DNA of 64,000 nucleotides from Planctomycetota bacterium (GCA_965223545.1 OZ245006.1:5440001-5504000); one strand, 5' to 3'; positions 46,205 through 55,980 are shown, numbered from the stretch's first letter. The notes: generated from the letters alone by a model not told the origin. Numbers and translations are program-made.

Positions 46205-47755
46205 TCAGCGCAGCTGCAACTGCAGTGCGTTGGCAAGGCCGATCGGCTGGGTCGCGCTCGGCTGGCCATCGAGCAGCAGCCCCTGCACGTAGAACACGGC
46301 GCCGGTGAGGGCCGGTGAGTTGGGGATCGCGAGCACCGCGCTGGCGGGGTTGCCGGGGCCGCCGAACGGCGTCGTGCCGGCGACGATCGCCGGCGGAGGC
46401 GCCAACGACAGCAGCAGCTCGCCCGCCGGCCCCTGCATGCCGAGCCCCTGGACGGCGACGCCGCAGGGGAACGCCGGTGTCGGCTGGCCGCCCACCGCCA
46501 AGAACGGTTGCGCCCCGGCGGTTTGGCTGCCGGTGGGGTTGTCGATCGCGAAGGTCAGCGCGGCGCCGGGCTGCGGCGTGCCGGCCGCCAGCTGCATGCT
46601 GCCGTCGGGGTTGATGCCGCAGCCTCCGGGAAACGCGCCGACCGGCGCGAAGCGGAAGTCCGAGATGATGACTTCGGCGGTCTGGCCGTTGCTCGGGCCG
46701 CCGCCGCCGTTGATCCACAGGTTGAAGCGGAACTGCTCGCGGCCGGCCGGGGGCACCGACAGGAAGCGCAGCGGCTGGTGCCGGAACGTCCAGCGATGGA
46801 CTTCGCTGCCCGCCGGGATCGAATACGGAGCGTGCCGGCCGCGGGCGACGGCGAACTCGATCTGGGAAGGCTCCCAGGTGAAGAAGCGGGTCAGCGTCGG
46901 CGCACCGGCGAGGTCGGGCGTCACGTAGCGGGAGAGCGCGCCGGCGTTGGTGAACGGCTGCACCACGCACTGCGAGTTGGTCAAGCTGGCGGGGTTGCCC
47001 CAGCGCGAGTCCTCGAAGTCGATTTCGCGGTAGGGCCACTCCGGGATCGTCGTGTCATCGCCGTACGGGTCCCAAGTGAAGGCACCGAAGGTGAGGAAGT
47101 GGTCGAGGTCCTCGACCTCCGACTCGGTCGTGAACCAGTACGTGCCGTAGCCGAGCGACTCCTGCAGCACCACTTCCGTGCATGTCCAGCCGCTGCGGGT
47201 GCGGCGCACGGTCAGGTGCAGCCGGCCTTGCGCATCGACCCAAACGTCGCCGGGTTGGCTCGAGAACAGATTGCCGCCGGGGCCGACCGGCAGGTTGGCT
47301 TGCTTGACGTGCCACGTGCGGCCGGCGAAGTCCACCGTGCGCCCGGTGCGCGTGCGATAGGTCAAAGCGAGGCTCTGCAGCGACGCGGGCACCTGACCGC
47401 TGCCGGCGGCGAGTGGTGCGATGACGCCGGGCCCGAGCAGCGCGGCGCAGTAGATCGTCGCGAATGCGTCGACGCCGCCGGTGACCACGTTGGTCGAGAA
47501 CGTGCCGTTGGCCTGGATCGGGATGTTGGGATTGGCGCCGCCGGGCTTGCTCCACCAGCCGGCGCCGTCGATGTAGATGTAGACGGCGACGGCATGCGTC
47601 GCGGGATTGACACCGCTGACCGAGCCGAACAATCCTCCCGGTGAGCCGAAGGCGGGCACGCCGGTGATCGAGATGGACGGCTGCGCGGCCGCGGTGGCCG
47701 CGAGGACGGCGGTCGCGAAGAATGGTGTTCGGAGACGAGGCACGCAGGGAATCAT
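46205..47755 (-). CDS. secreted GH16-like protein with the shared C-terminal domain
   Basis: VWVDAQGRLHL, SLGYGTY and an ExDxE motif (REIDFEDSRWG). Confidence 0.72.
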   Translation of the reverse strand: MIPCVPRLRTPFFATAVLAATAAAQPSISITGVPAFGSPGGLFGSVSGVNPATHAVAVYIYIDGAGWWSKPGGANPNIPIQANGTFSTNVVTGGVDAFATIYCAALLGPGVIAPLAAGSGQVPASLQSLALTYRTRTGRTVDFAGRTWHVKQANLPVGPGGNLFSSQPGDVWVDAQGRLHLTVRRTRSGWTCTEVVLQESLGYGTYWFTTESEVEDLDHFLTFGAFTWDPYGDDTTIPEWPYREIDFEDSRWGNPASLTNSQCVVQPFTNAGALSRYVTPDLAGAPTLTRFFTWEPSQIEFAVARGRHAPYSIPAGSEVHRWTFRHQPLRFLSVPPAGREQFRFNLWINGGGGPSNGQTAEVIISDFRFAPVGAFPGGCGINPDGSMQLAAGTPQPGAALTFAIDNPTGSQTAGAQPFLAVGGQPTPAFPCGVAVQGLGMQGPAGELLLSLAPPPAIVAGTTPFGGPGNPASAVLAIPNSPALTGAVFYVQGLLLDGQPSATQPIGLANALQLQLR

Positions 47756-47768
47756 AGCGCCGGCCGCG

Positions 47769-49040
47769 TCACCGCATGCCGATGGTCACGTCGAGCGCGT
47801 TGGTCAGCTGCACGCCGGCGATGTCGACCGCGAACGCCTGCGCGCACAGGGTGCCGCCGGCCAGTGCGCAGCGCGGCGGGATCGGCAGCGCGAAGGGGTT
47901 GCCCGCCGGCACGGCGACGATCAGGGCCGGCGTCGGGCTGCACAGCAGCGTGCCCCACGGCGTCGGTGCGTTGGTCGTGCCCGGCGACAGCAAGAGCCAG
48001 TCGGTGGCCGCGGTCGGGGCGAACGCCGCGTGATCGACCCACGGATTCCAGACCGCGCCGATCTCGGGCGGCGTCGTCCCCGGGCGCAGCGCGGTCGGGT
48101 TGGGTGGTGTCCCGGCGCGCACCAGCTGGGCTGCGGCGAACGGCCCCCCAAAGAGGCAGTCGGCCCAGGCCGGCTGGTCGACGAAGGGGTTGCGGTTGCG
48201 CTGGAATCCGAACACCACGTCGTTGCGCCGCCGCTCGAACGCATCGACCGGATCGGCGCGGTGCCAAGCCAGCAGTGTGCTGCGCAACCCGAAGTAGGCG
48301 GTGGTCAAGTTCTGGCCGGTCTGCGAGGCGGCGATCGCGACCTTGTCGTCGCTGACGATGAGATCGGGCTCGACCGCGCCGGTGCTGCCGTGGCGGCCGC
48401 CCTCGTAGCGCACGTCCATGTAGAACACCGCGCGGGCGACGTCGCCGCGCCGGTCGCGCCACTGCTGCCAGACCCCGCCGACCGAGGAGCCGGAGTACCA
48501 GTTGCTGTTGCCGGGGTAGACGCCCGCGCCGCCGCCCTGGCCGTTGTTGTTCAGCGTCGGTCGCTCGCTGCACGCCGCGGTGCACTGCTCGTACAGCCGG
48601 CTGCCGCGGGTGCCGTTGTAGCCGATGTCGCTCAGCATCAGCGCGTGGCAATCGGTGAACGGGTAGTTGTTGGTGACCAGGTTGGGGAAGCCGTAGCTGC
48701 GCGGCCAGATGTGATCGCGGTCGTAGAACGTGTTGCCGCCGCGCTGCTTGGGGTAGCTGGCGTTGCGGTTCACGTCGATGATGTTGAGCGCGTTGCCGGG
48801 GTCTTGCTGCGCGGAGGCCAGGATGTCCCAGGTGTCCGTGCTGCCCGCGGTGTACGGAAACCAGGTGTGGTCGTCGATCGCCGCGTGCAGCGAGGCGCGC
48901 AGCGCGGCGATGCTCGACTCGTCGATCCCCGCGTAGTAGCCCGCGGGCTGGGCGACGAGAGGACTTGCGGCGAGCACGGCGAAGAGCGCGGCGTTGGCGC
49001 GGCGGGCGATGAGGGCGGAGTTCGCTCTTGGGCGCGGCAT
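47769..49040 (-). CDS. secreted endonuclease I / extracellular nuclease family protein with the shared C-terminal domain
   Basis: RDHIWPRSYG, RGDVARAVFYMDVRY, WHRADPVDAFERRRN, QRNRNPFVD. Confidence 0.9.
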   Translation of the reverse strand: MPRPRANSALIARRANAALFAVLAASPLVAQPAGYYAGIDESSIAALRASLHAAIDDHTWFPYTAGSTDTWDILASAQQDPGNALNIIDVNRNASYPKQRGGNTFYDRDHIWPRSYGFPNLVTNNYPFTDCHALMLSDIGYNGTRGSRLYEQCTAACSERPTLNNNGQGGGAGVYPGNSNWYSGSSVGGVWQQWRDRRGDVARAVFYMDVRYEGGRHGSTGAVEPDLIVSDDKVAIAASQTGQNLTTAYFGLRSTLLAWHRADPVDAFERRRNDVVFGFQRNRNPFVDQPAWADCLFGGPFAAAQLVRAGTPPNPTALRPGTTPPEIGAVWNPWVDHAAFAPTAATDWLLLSPGTTNAPTPWGTLLCSPTPALIVAVPAGNPFALPIPPRCALAGGTLCAQAFAVDIAGVQLTNALDVTIGMR

Positions 49041-49120
49041 GGGGCGGCGATCTTCGCGGGTCCGCGCGCGCTTGCAAAGGGGGCCGTGGTAGCGTGGAGG
49101 CCCGGCCACAGGCCTTCGCC

Positions 49121-50218
49121 ATGCAGATCGGCACGATCCAAGTCGACGCCCCGTTCTTCCAAGCCGCCCTCAGCGGCTACAGCGACTACGCCATGCGCGC
49201 GGTGGCTCGGGCCCACGGCGCGCCGCTCGCGCTGCACGAGGTGATCGTCGACCGGCTGGTGCTGCAGGCCGGGGTCGAGCGCCGGCGCGCGCTGGCCGTG
49301 CGCGACGACGACCACCCGGTCGGCGGTCAGCTCATGGGCGCCGAGCCCGCCGCCTTCGGCAAGGCTGCCGCGGCGATGGTCGAGGCCGGCTACGACTTCG
49401 TCGACGTCAACTTCGGCTGCCCCGTGCCCAAAGTGCTCGGCCGCTGCCGCGGCGGCTTCCTGCTGGGCGAGCCGCCGACCGCGCTGCGCATCGTCGATGC
49501 CGTGCTGGACGCCGCGGCCGGTCGCGTGCCGGTGACGCTGAAGATGCGCCGCGGCATGGACGCTTCGCCTGGGGCCGAAGCCGCCTTCTTTGAGATCCTC
49601 GATGGCGCGTTCGCGCGAGGCGTCGCGGCGATCACCGTGCACGGCCGCAGCGTGCGCCAGCGCTACCGGGGGCCGAGCGATTGGGGTTTTCTCACGCGCG
49701 CCGTGCGCCACGCCGGCAGCCATCCGGTCTTCGGCAGTGGCGACGTGTTCGGACCGTTCGCCGTGCAGCGCATGCTGGCAGAGACCGGGGTCGCCGGGGT
49801 CTCGGTGGCGCGCGGGTGCATCGGCAATCCGTTCGTGTTTGGGCAGGCGCGGGCGCTGCTGGGTGGCGGCGCGCCGCAGAAGCCGACGCTCGCGCAACAG
49901 CGCGCGGCGATCGAGCAGCACTGGCGCGTCGTGCAGGCGATTTACGCCGAGCGGCGGCGCGTGGGTGCGCTGCGCCGGCACGGGATCAAGTACGCGCGCC
50001 TGCACCCCGAGCCGGTGTGGGCGCGGGATCGGTGGGTGAGTGTGCGGGGTGGCGATGCGCTCGGTCCGGTGTTGAGGGAGTGCTACGACGAGTCGCGGTT
50101 TGGCAGGGGTGGGGGTCCGTTGTCCGTGGACATGGCGGGGGACCATGCTGGGTACTGCGGTGGAGAGGCGCCGGCCGTGCGGTCCGCAGGCGGTTCGGTT
50201 CGTGCAGAATTCAGTTGA
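49121..50218 (+). CDS. dus: tRNA-dihydrouridine synthase (DusB-like)
   Basis: GGQLMG, DVNFGCP, VTLKMRRG, TVHGR, SGDV, VARGCIGNP. Confidence 0.92.
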   Translation: MQIGTIQVDAPFFQAALSGYSDYAMRAVARAHGAPLALHEVIVDRLVLQAGVERRRALAVRDDDHPVGGQLMGAEPAAFGKAAAAMVEAGYDFVDVNFGCPVPKVLGRCRGGFLLGEPPTALRIVDAVLDAAAGRVPVTLKMRRGMDASPGAEAAFFEILDGAFARGVAAITVHGRSVRQRYRGPSDWGFLTRAVRHAGSHPVFGSGDVFGPFAVQRMLAETGVAGVSVARGCIGNPFVFGQARALLGGGAPQKPTLAQQRAAIEQHWRVVQAIYAERRRVGALRRHGIKYARLHPEPVWARDRWVSVRGGDALGPVLRECYDESRFGRGGGPLSVDMAGDHAGYCGGEAPAVRSAGGSVRAEFS

Positions 50219-50276
50219 GCACGGTGGTGGAGCGTTGCGTTGTGCTTTCCCTGCTCGTTCGTGACACGCGCCCGGT

Positions 50277-53200
50277 TCAGAGCCCGAGGGTGGTCCAGAG
50301 GGTCGGTGACAGATCGAGGGCCGCGGTGCCGGGGCTGCGGCCGTGAACCGTTTGCCAAGCCAAGGTGACGCCCTGCAGCGACGGCGCCGCGGGCACGCGG
50401 GCCGACAAACTCCAAGCCGATCCACTCAGCGTCAGCGGGACCGGCACGATCGTCTTGGACAAGTCAATGTACGTGATGCAACCGTTGCCTAGGTGGCGGC
50501 TCGCGCCGCGTAGCCCGAGGACCAGGGCAGAAGGCACGCGCGCGGCTCCGCTGTCTCCGCTCAGCGTCATAGCGGTGCCCAGAACCGCATCCGTCGCGTG
50601 GAGTTCGGGGAACGCGGCCGTTCCGCTGCATCCTTGGCCCATCGAGCGCGAACTCGCGCCGGGGGCTAGCCGGAACGGCTCGACTCCGTGTATGGAACCC
50701 GCGGCTGGAAAGACCAGCTGGTCGCCGGCCAGGTGAAAGCCGGGGGCGTAGCTCGGTGACCCCAGGGCTGCCACCTCCACGGTCCCCATCGTGGTTCCGT
50801 CGGTGCGCCAGACGCGTCCGGCGGCGAAGAAGAACACGAACCGCGAGCCGGTTGCCGCGAACCCGTGCGGCAGCGAGCTTCCTGGTCCGGGGACCAGGTC
50901 GGCGAGCCTGCGGGTGCCGGCTGTGGTGCCGTCCGTAATCCAGGGTTCGACGCCGGTCTGGCCGTCACCGGCGTTGAAGACGGCGCCTCGGTCGATCGTG
51001 GCATGGGCGACCACTGGCCTGGCAACGAAAGCGCTGGCACCCTGCAGCGCGAACGTGCCGGCGACGGTGCCGTCCGACCGCCAGAGTTTGTCGTCGACGC
51101 TGAAGTAAGCGAGGCCGTGGCTCACGAACAACGACCTGAACGACGGCGTCGACTGTTGGCTTGTCAGGTCCGCGAGACTGAACGTGCTTCCCGCGGTGCC
51201 ACCGGTGACCCAGGGTTCGAGGCCGGTCATACCGTCATCGGCGAAGAACACAACGCGGTCGCCCAGCGACAAGGGCGTACTCCGTCTCTTCATGCTACTG
51301 GTGGCGCCCGGGTTCAGGTCCAAGAGCCGAGCGGTTCCCCCTGTGGTGCCGTCGGAGATCCAGGGTTCACGGCCGCCTGTGTCGATGGCTGAAAAGAACA
51401 CGCGTTTGCCGAGTCGCACGCCGTCCCGCGGATCGCTCGAGGCGATCCCGGGAAACAGGTCCGCGAGCAACCGCGTCCCGGTGGGGGTGCCGTCCGTGGC
51501 CCACAGCTCCCGGCCGAGATTGCCGGTGGACGGGGACACAGTCAGTGCTGTGTAGAGTAGTCGTGGCCCGACCCGGGCGAGTTCGACCGGAATACTGCCG
51601 GTGGGGCCGGCCGCCGCGTCGGCCAGAAGCCGGGTGCCGGCCGGTGTGCCGTCGGTGGAATAGAGTTCGATCCCGAGCCCGGTCGCGTTGGCGCGGAACA
51701 GGGCGCGGTTGCCCAGGGCCATAGCGAACATTTCCACGTAGGACGATGCGCTGCCCGGATTGATATCCGCTAGCTGCAGCGTCCCCTGCGTTGTACCGTC
51801 CGTAACCCAGGGTTCCGTTCCGCTTTGGCGGGTGGAGAGGCCCATCACCACCCGGTCGCCGAGAACTGTTCCGCTACTGACGGAAATGTTGGCGGTACCG
51901 GGTTCCAAGTCGGCGATCTTTCGGGTCCCCGAGGTCGTGCCATCGGTGGTCCAGAGTTCGTGACCGCTCCCGTCATCGGCGACGAACACCGGTTCTGGGG
52001 CGGCAAAGAACCGGTGTGGCAATGAGTCTCGGGTGGCGCCCGGAATGTTCGGGGTTACGTCGGCGAGCAGTGTTGGGCCCGGCTGGGTGCCGTCGGAGCA
52101 CCAGAGCTCCCGGCCAATAGTCGGATCCAGCGCACCGAAAGCGACCTTGCCGCTGGCCAAGGCAATAATGTCCGCCGGGTCACTGCTGAGTGGCCCAGGA
52201 GCTAGGTCGGTCACGCGGCGGGCGTTGCCTGGCTGACCGTTGGTCGTCCAGAGCTCGACGCCGCTTACGCCGTCGTCGGCGGCGACAAACAGTTGGCCGG
52301 CAGCGACCGTCATCGGTCCAACCGTCATCGGTCCAATCGGCAGCGATAGGGCCAGTGTCTCCAGCTGCTGCGTTCCCGCCGCGGTGCCGTCGCTGGCCCA
52401 GAGCCGATAGGTGCCTGGCAGGCCTACGGCGAACAACAACGTTGTGCCGAACGGAGTCAGACGCTCCGGAACTCCTCCTGAGAGTGGGGCGACCATCCGC
52501 GTGCCCTGTGTCGTTCCGTCGCTGGTCCAAAGGTCGAAGCGGCTCGACACAGTGGTGCCGGCAAAGTAGAGCTGGGAACCGGCCAGCACGAGTTCCGCGG
52601 GGAACCTCGTGGTGTTGGCAGAGAACACCGAGACGACGCCTGTTCCGGATGAAGTGCCGTCGGTGCTCCAAAGTGAGCGCACATAGCCCCCGTCGGCTAA
52701 GAAGAACACTGTGCTCCCACGGCGGACGAGTGCGTACGATCGATTGGTCGGCTGGATAGTGTTCGGAACCGCGATGCGCACGGTCCCGCCGGCGGTGCCG
52801 TCCGTGCGCCAAAGCTCGAGTTGGCTCCCGCCCGTGGTGGTAAACACTGCGAAAGACCCGAGCGACGTAATGTCGGCGCTGGGGAGAGTGTTGCTGAAAC
52901 CGATCTGCCGCACCATCGTCGATCCGGCCGCGGTGCCGTCAGAGAACCAGAGCTGCCGTCCGGTTTGCACCAACTCACCAAAGAACAAGACGCCCGTCCC
53001 AAACGGGGTGAGGTACATCCCGGAGACTGCGCTGTTCCGATCCAGATCGGCGACCCGTAGCGTGCCCGGGCCGGTGCCGTCCGTGACCCAGAGATCCCGG
53101 CTGTTGTTGGCCTCTCTTGCCGAGAAGAACACGCGCCCGTTGGCGATCGTGAACTCGGCCGGGTCGGAATCTGCGGATCCTGGATTCAGATCCAGCACAA

Positions 53201-53450
53201 GCCGGGCGGCTCCTCCCGTCGCCGGGACTGCGAACAGCTCGCGTCCGGTGCTCGGCGTCGTTCCGGTGAAGAGGATCGTGTTGCCGAACTCGATCCCTGC
53301 GCTCGCGCGGGAGCTGGGGATCGGGGGTGGCGTCGTGTTGATGTCGAGTAGAAGACCCGGGGGCGCTGTGCTCTGCGCACCGATCGCGTCGGAAGACGCG
53401 ATCAGCGCGGCCCACGTCATGATGAAAGCCGGTGACACTACTCCTCGCAT
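50277..53450 (-). CDS. secreted ELWxxDGT repeat protein with the shared C-terminal domain
   Basis: More than 15 E(L/P)WxxDGT-type repeats and signal ...DAIGA|Q. Codon usage is less GC-biased than the flanks. Confidence 0.9.
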   Translation of the reverse strand: MRGVVSPAFIMTWAALIASSDAIGAQSTAPPGLLLDINTTPPPIPSSRASAGIEFGNTILFTGTTPSTGRELFAVPATGGAARLVLDLNPGSADSDPAEFTIANGRVFFSAREANNSRDLWVTDGTGPGTLRVADLDRNSAVSGMYLTPFGTGVLFFGELVQTGRQLWFSDGTAAGSTMVRQIGFSNTLPSADITSLGSFAVFTTTGGSQLELWRTDGTAGGTVRIAVPNTIQPTNRSYALVRRGSTVFFLADGGYVRSLWSTDGTSSGTGVVSVFSANTTRFPAELVLAGSQLYFAGTTVSSRFDLWTSDGTTQGTRMVAPLSGGVPERLTPFGTTLLFAVGLPGTYRLWASDGTAAGTQQLETLALSLPIGPMTVGPMTVAAGQLFVAADDGVSGVELWTTNGQPGNARRVTDLAPGPLSSDPADIIALASGKVAFGALDPTIGRELWCSDGTQPGPTLLADVTPNIPGATRDSLPHRFFAAPEPVFVADDGSGHELWTTDGTTSGTRKIADLEPGTANISVSSGTVLGDRVVMGLSTRQSGTEPWVTDGTTQGTLQLADINPGSASSYVEMFAMALGNRALFRANATGLGIELYSTDGTPAGTRLLADAAAGPTGSIPVELARVGPRLLYTALTVSPSTGNLGRELWATDGTPTGTRLLADLFPGIASSDPRDGVRLGKRVFFSAIDTGGREPWISDGTTGGTARLLDLNPGATSSMKRRSTPLSLGDRVVFFADDGMTGLEPWVTGGTAGSTFSLADLTSQQSTPSFRSLFVSHGLAYFSVDDKLWRSDGTVAGTFALQGASAFVARPVVAHATIDRGAVFNAGDGQTGVEPWITDGTTAGTRRLADLVPGPGSSLPHGFAATGSRFVFFFAAGRVWRTDGTTMGTVEVAALGSPSYAPGFHLAGDQLVFPAAGSIHGVEPFRLAPGASSRSMGQGCSGTAAFPELHATDAVLGTAMTLSGDSGAARVPSALVLGLRGASRHLGNGCITYIDLSKTIVPVPLTLSGSAWSLSARVPAAPSLQGVTLAWQTVHGRSPGTAALDLSPTLWTTLGL

Positions 53451-53528
53451 GCCGTGCGAGTATAGCGGGCATCCCGCGCAAACTGTTGGGGCACATGCTG
53501 CGGACCGGCCCTCCAGTGGGTGTCGGGG

Positions 53529-53638
53529 GCCGCGGTAGCTTCTTGCTGAGCGAGCCGCAGAACGCGCTGCGAATCGTCGACGCCGTGCTCGACGCCGCAG
53601 CCGGCAGCGTGCCGGTGACGCTGAAGATGCGCCGCGGC
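53529..53638 (+). pseudogene. 110-bp internal fragment of dus (copy of 49446..49555)
   Basis: 98/110 nt identical by manual alignment. Encodes RGSFLLSEPQNALRIVDAVLDAAAGSVPVTLKMRRG. Confidence 0.9.
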
Positions 53639-53641
53639 GTG

Positions 53642-54163
53642 GGGTGCTCCTCCGACTTGACGGGGAATAACTCTCGAGTACAAAGCGGCGGCCCCATCCC
53701 GTAACCTACTGCCATCAAACAACCAAGCGAGCCACGGGAGGGGCCTCGCGATGCAGATGATAGCGGACGCCATCGGGCGGTGCAGGCAAGTTCTCGAGGA
53801 CTTGGTCAATACGAGCGGCGAGCTCGATGCGACGACCTTCCGGACGTCGGTCGAGGCGATCAAGGACGCGGTCAACGACCTCGGGCGCGAGGCGCTGAAG
53901 GCCGTGGTCGCGCGGGCCGAATGCTCGGCGGACATCATCGTCCGCGATGGCGAGCCGTATCGCTTCAAGCAGACGGTCGCGAAGGGGTGGCTGACCCCGT
54001 GCGGATTGACGGACGTAGCGCGACGGTTCTACCAGCGAGACTCCGGCGGTCGAGGGTTCGCGCCGATCGACGTTGCCTGCGGCATGGTCGGTCGGTTCAT
54101 GACGGCCGATGTCGAGGAGCTGTCTGCAATCTCCGCCGCACTCGGGACGCCAGCAGAGGCATC
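53642..54163 (+). mobile_element. truncated IS remnant (ISKra4/ISLre2-like transposase N-terminus)
   Basis: ORF from 53751 with WLTPCGLTDVARRFYQ...FAPID, resembling the T.FG...R..Y...PLD pattern. Possible left end GGGTG at about 53642. No DDE core remains. Confidence 0.6.
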
Positions 54164-54686
54164 CGTCACCGTACTGCAGCGTGGACGCGGCTGACAGCTT
54201 CGCCGGACCGGCAGGAGTGCCGGCGGGAACGCCTGGCTGGTCCCACTCGAGCGAGGCAATGACGCCGCGGTGGGAGAGCACGTAGATCGGCTTGAGGAAC
54301 GGTCCGCCGGTGCTGCGCATGCGGGGTTGGACCGACAACGATGTCGATGATGCCGGTCTCCTGGTGGTAGGCGAGCGGGTTCAGGTTGCCGTCCAGCACG
54401 ACGATCATGCCGTGGACGGTGGCGAACACGATCTCCGCGGCCACGTCGTTGTCGAGGTTGTCGACCGCGATGCGCGGGTTGGCTGTGGCTGCGGCGATGA
54501 TCTCGTCGCCGGGGCCGTTGGGGTGGGGGTCGCCGGCGGCCAGCCCCGAGACGCCATGACCCGGGGATTGGCTCTGCACGACGTCGGAGCGGGTGATCAG
54601 GCCCTGCGCGCTTCCGACGTAGATCGAAGCCTTGCCGTCGCCGTCGCAGTCCGTGACCACCATGGACTCATCGTAGCCGAACCACG
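54164..54686 (-). pseudogene. degenerate orphan copy of an internal segment (57879..58547) of the large downstream-coordinate gene
   Basis: Near-identical blocks with deletions of 105, 39 and 2 bp (523 vs 669 bp). Confidence 0.92.
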
Positions 54687-54802
54687 CGGCCTCGGGGGAT
54701 CGGGGTTGCGCCTGTCCCTGCGGCTCTACGCTGCAGTTCAGCCTTTTGAACTCGCGCAGCCGCGAGATCGGAGGGGCTTGTAGCGTTGCGTAAGCGGCCT
54801 CG

Positions 54803-55978
54803 TCAAAGCGAGATCGTGTAGTTCAGCATCGCGACCGTCGGCGCGGTGATCTGCATCGGCCCAGTTGGCGGCAGCACGACGGATTGAAAGGACAGCAGGA
54901 CATTGCTGAAGCTGGGCGGCAGGAAGCTCGACGTCGGCATCACGGCGCTGGACTGGAACCAGAGCCCCGGCGACGGCACGGTCGCGGTGTGAATCAGGAC
55001 GAGAAGTCTGGGGTCAAGCCAGATCTCATCCCAGCCGGCGAACGAGGGGATCGGCGTGGGATAGCTGGGTGGAGGCAGGCTGGCAAAGGTCATGGCCACT
55101 GACCCGTTCGGTGCCCAGACCGTTGAGCGGAGGGAGTAGACTCCGCTCGCCCATGACGGCTCCACGATGGTTGCGGCCAAGGGCTTCTCTACGATCCGCA
55201 TGGTACCCTGCACGCGGTTGGGCGGGAACAGGGGGTCGTATGTCAGAGTCCCGCCGGAGCCGGTGATGTCCGTGGAGGTGGCGCAGGAGCCGGTACTACC
55301 CCGAACGTAGGAGCCGGAAGTGGCGAGGATGATGTCTGAGTTGGTTGCCTGGATTCCGGGCCGCGGGTTGGGGCAGATGTTCGCAGTCACGACCGGTGTA
55401 CTGATCAGTGCCACTCGCGACCCGACAGCAGTCAGTGGAATTCGAGGATGTTTGTACCTGGCGACCATTTGTCCCTGAACGTGAAGTACGTTGCTTTGCT
55501 CGACGTGCATCACCTGCGTGAGACAGTCGACGAGCGAGACGTTCTGAGATCGTCTGATGTCCAGGACGCCGACCGCGGCCTCGAATGGAAACCAGCGAAG
55601 GCTGTTCGTCCTCAACCGCTGTAGATGCACCGGACCCGCGCAGTCGTACACCTGGATGACATGGTCTTGCCAAGTACCGTTCGAGAGTCCCCATGCGACG
55701 AAGCGTTCGTTCGATGGGATGTTCTGAATCGTGACCGGCGACAGTGTTTGGAGTGGACCGACCATGGTCACGCCCTTGTCAACCGTGAACGCTGAGTAAG
55801 GAGTCGGACTGGGCCGGGCGAAGATGGTATCGCCAGCGCTCGCTGCGGCGATAGCCTGAGGGATGTCGGTAAAGTGACTGCCCGGGCGTGCCTGGCTGTC
55901 GACGATCCAAGTAGCTTGGGCACCTAGCGGCGCCGCACACGCGAGCAGAACTAATGGTCTCAAAAGTGCATGGAGCAT
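54803..55978 (-). CDS. secreted hypothetical protein (beta-helix-like N-terminus) with a divergent shared C-terminal domain
   Basis: Signal ...APLGA|Q and WIVD...FTDIPQAIAAASAGDTI. Ends LSFQSVVL...ITAPTVAML. Confidence 0.7.
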   Translation of the reverse strand: MLHALLRPLVLLACAAPLGAQATWIVDSQARPGSHFTDIPQAIAAASAGDTIFARPSPTPYSAFTVDKGVTMVGPLQTLSPVTIQNIPSNERFVAWGLSNGTWQDHVIQVYDCAGPVHLQRLRTNSLRWFPFEAAVGVLDIRRSQNVSLVDCLTQVMHVEQSNVLHVQGQMVARYKHPRIPLTAVGSRVALISTPVVTANICPNPRPGIQATNSDIILATSGSYVRGSTGSCATSTDITGSGGTLTYDPLFPPNRVQGTMRIVEKPLAATIVEPSWASGVYSLRSTVWAPNGSVAMTFASLPPPSYPTPIPSFAGWDEIWLDPRLLVLIHTATVPSPGLWFQSSAVMPTSSFLPPSFSNVLLSFQSVVLPPTGPMQITAPTVAMLNYTISL

Positions 55979-55980
55979 GG

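Noticed and set aside
53529..54686. Duplicated segments as DGR template/variable repeats
   Set aside because: There is no reverse transcriptase in the window. Mismatches are not confined to adenines (5 of 12 in the dus copy are non-A), and the second copy has indels.
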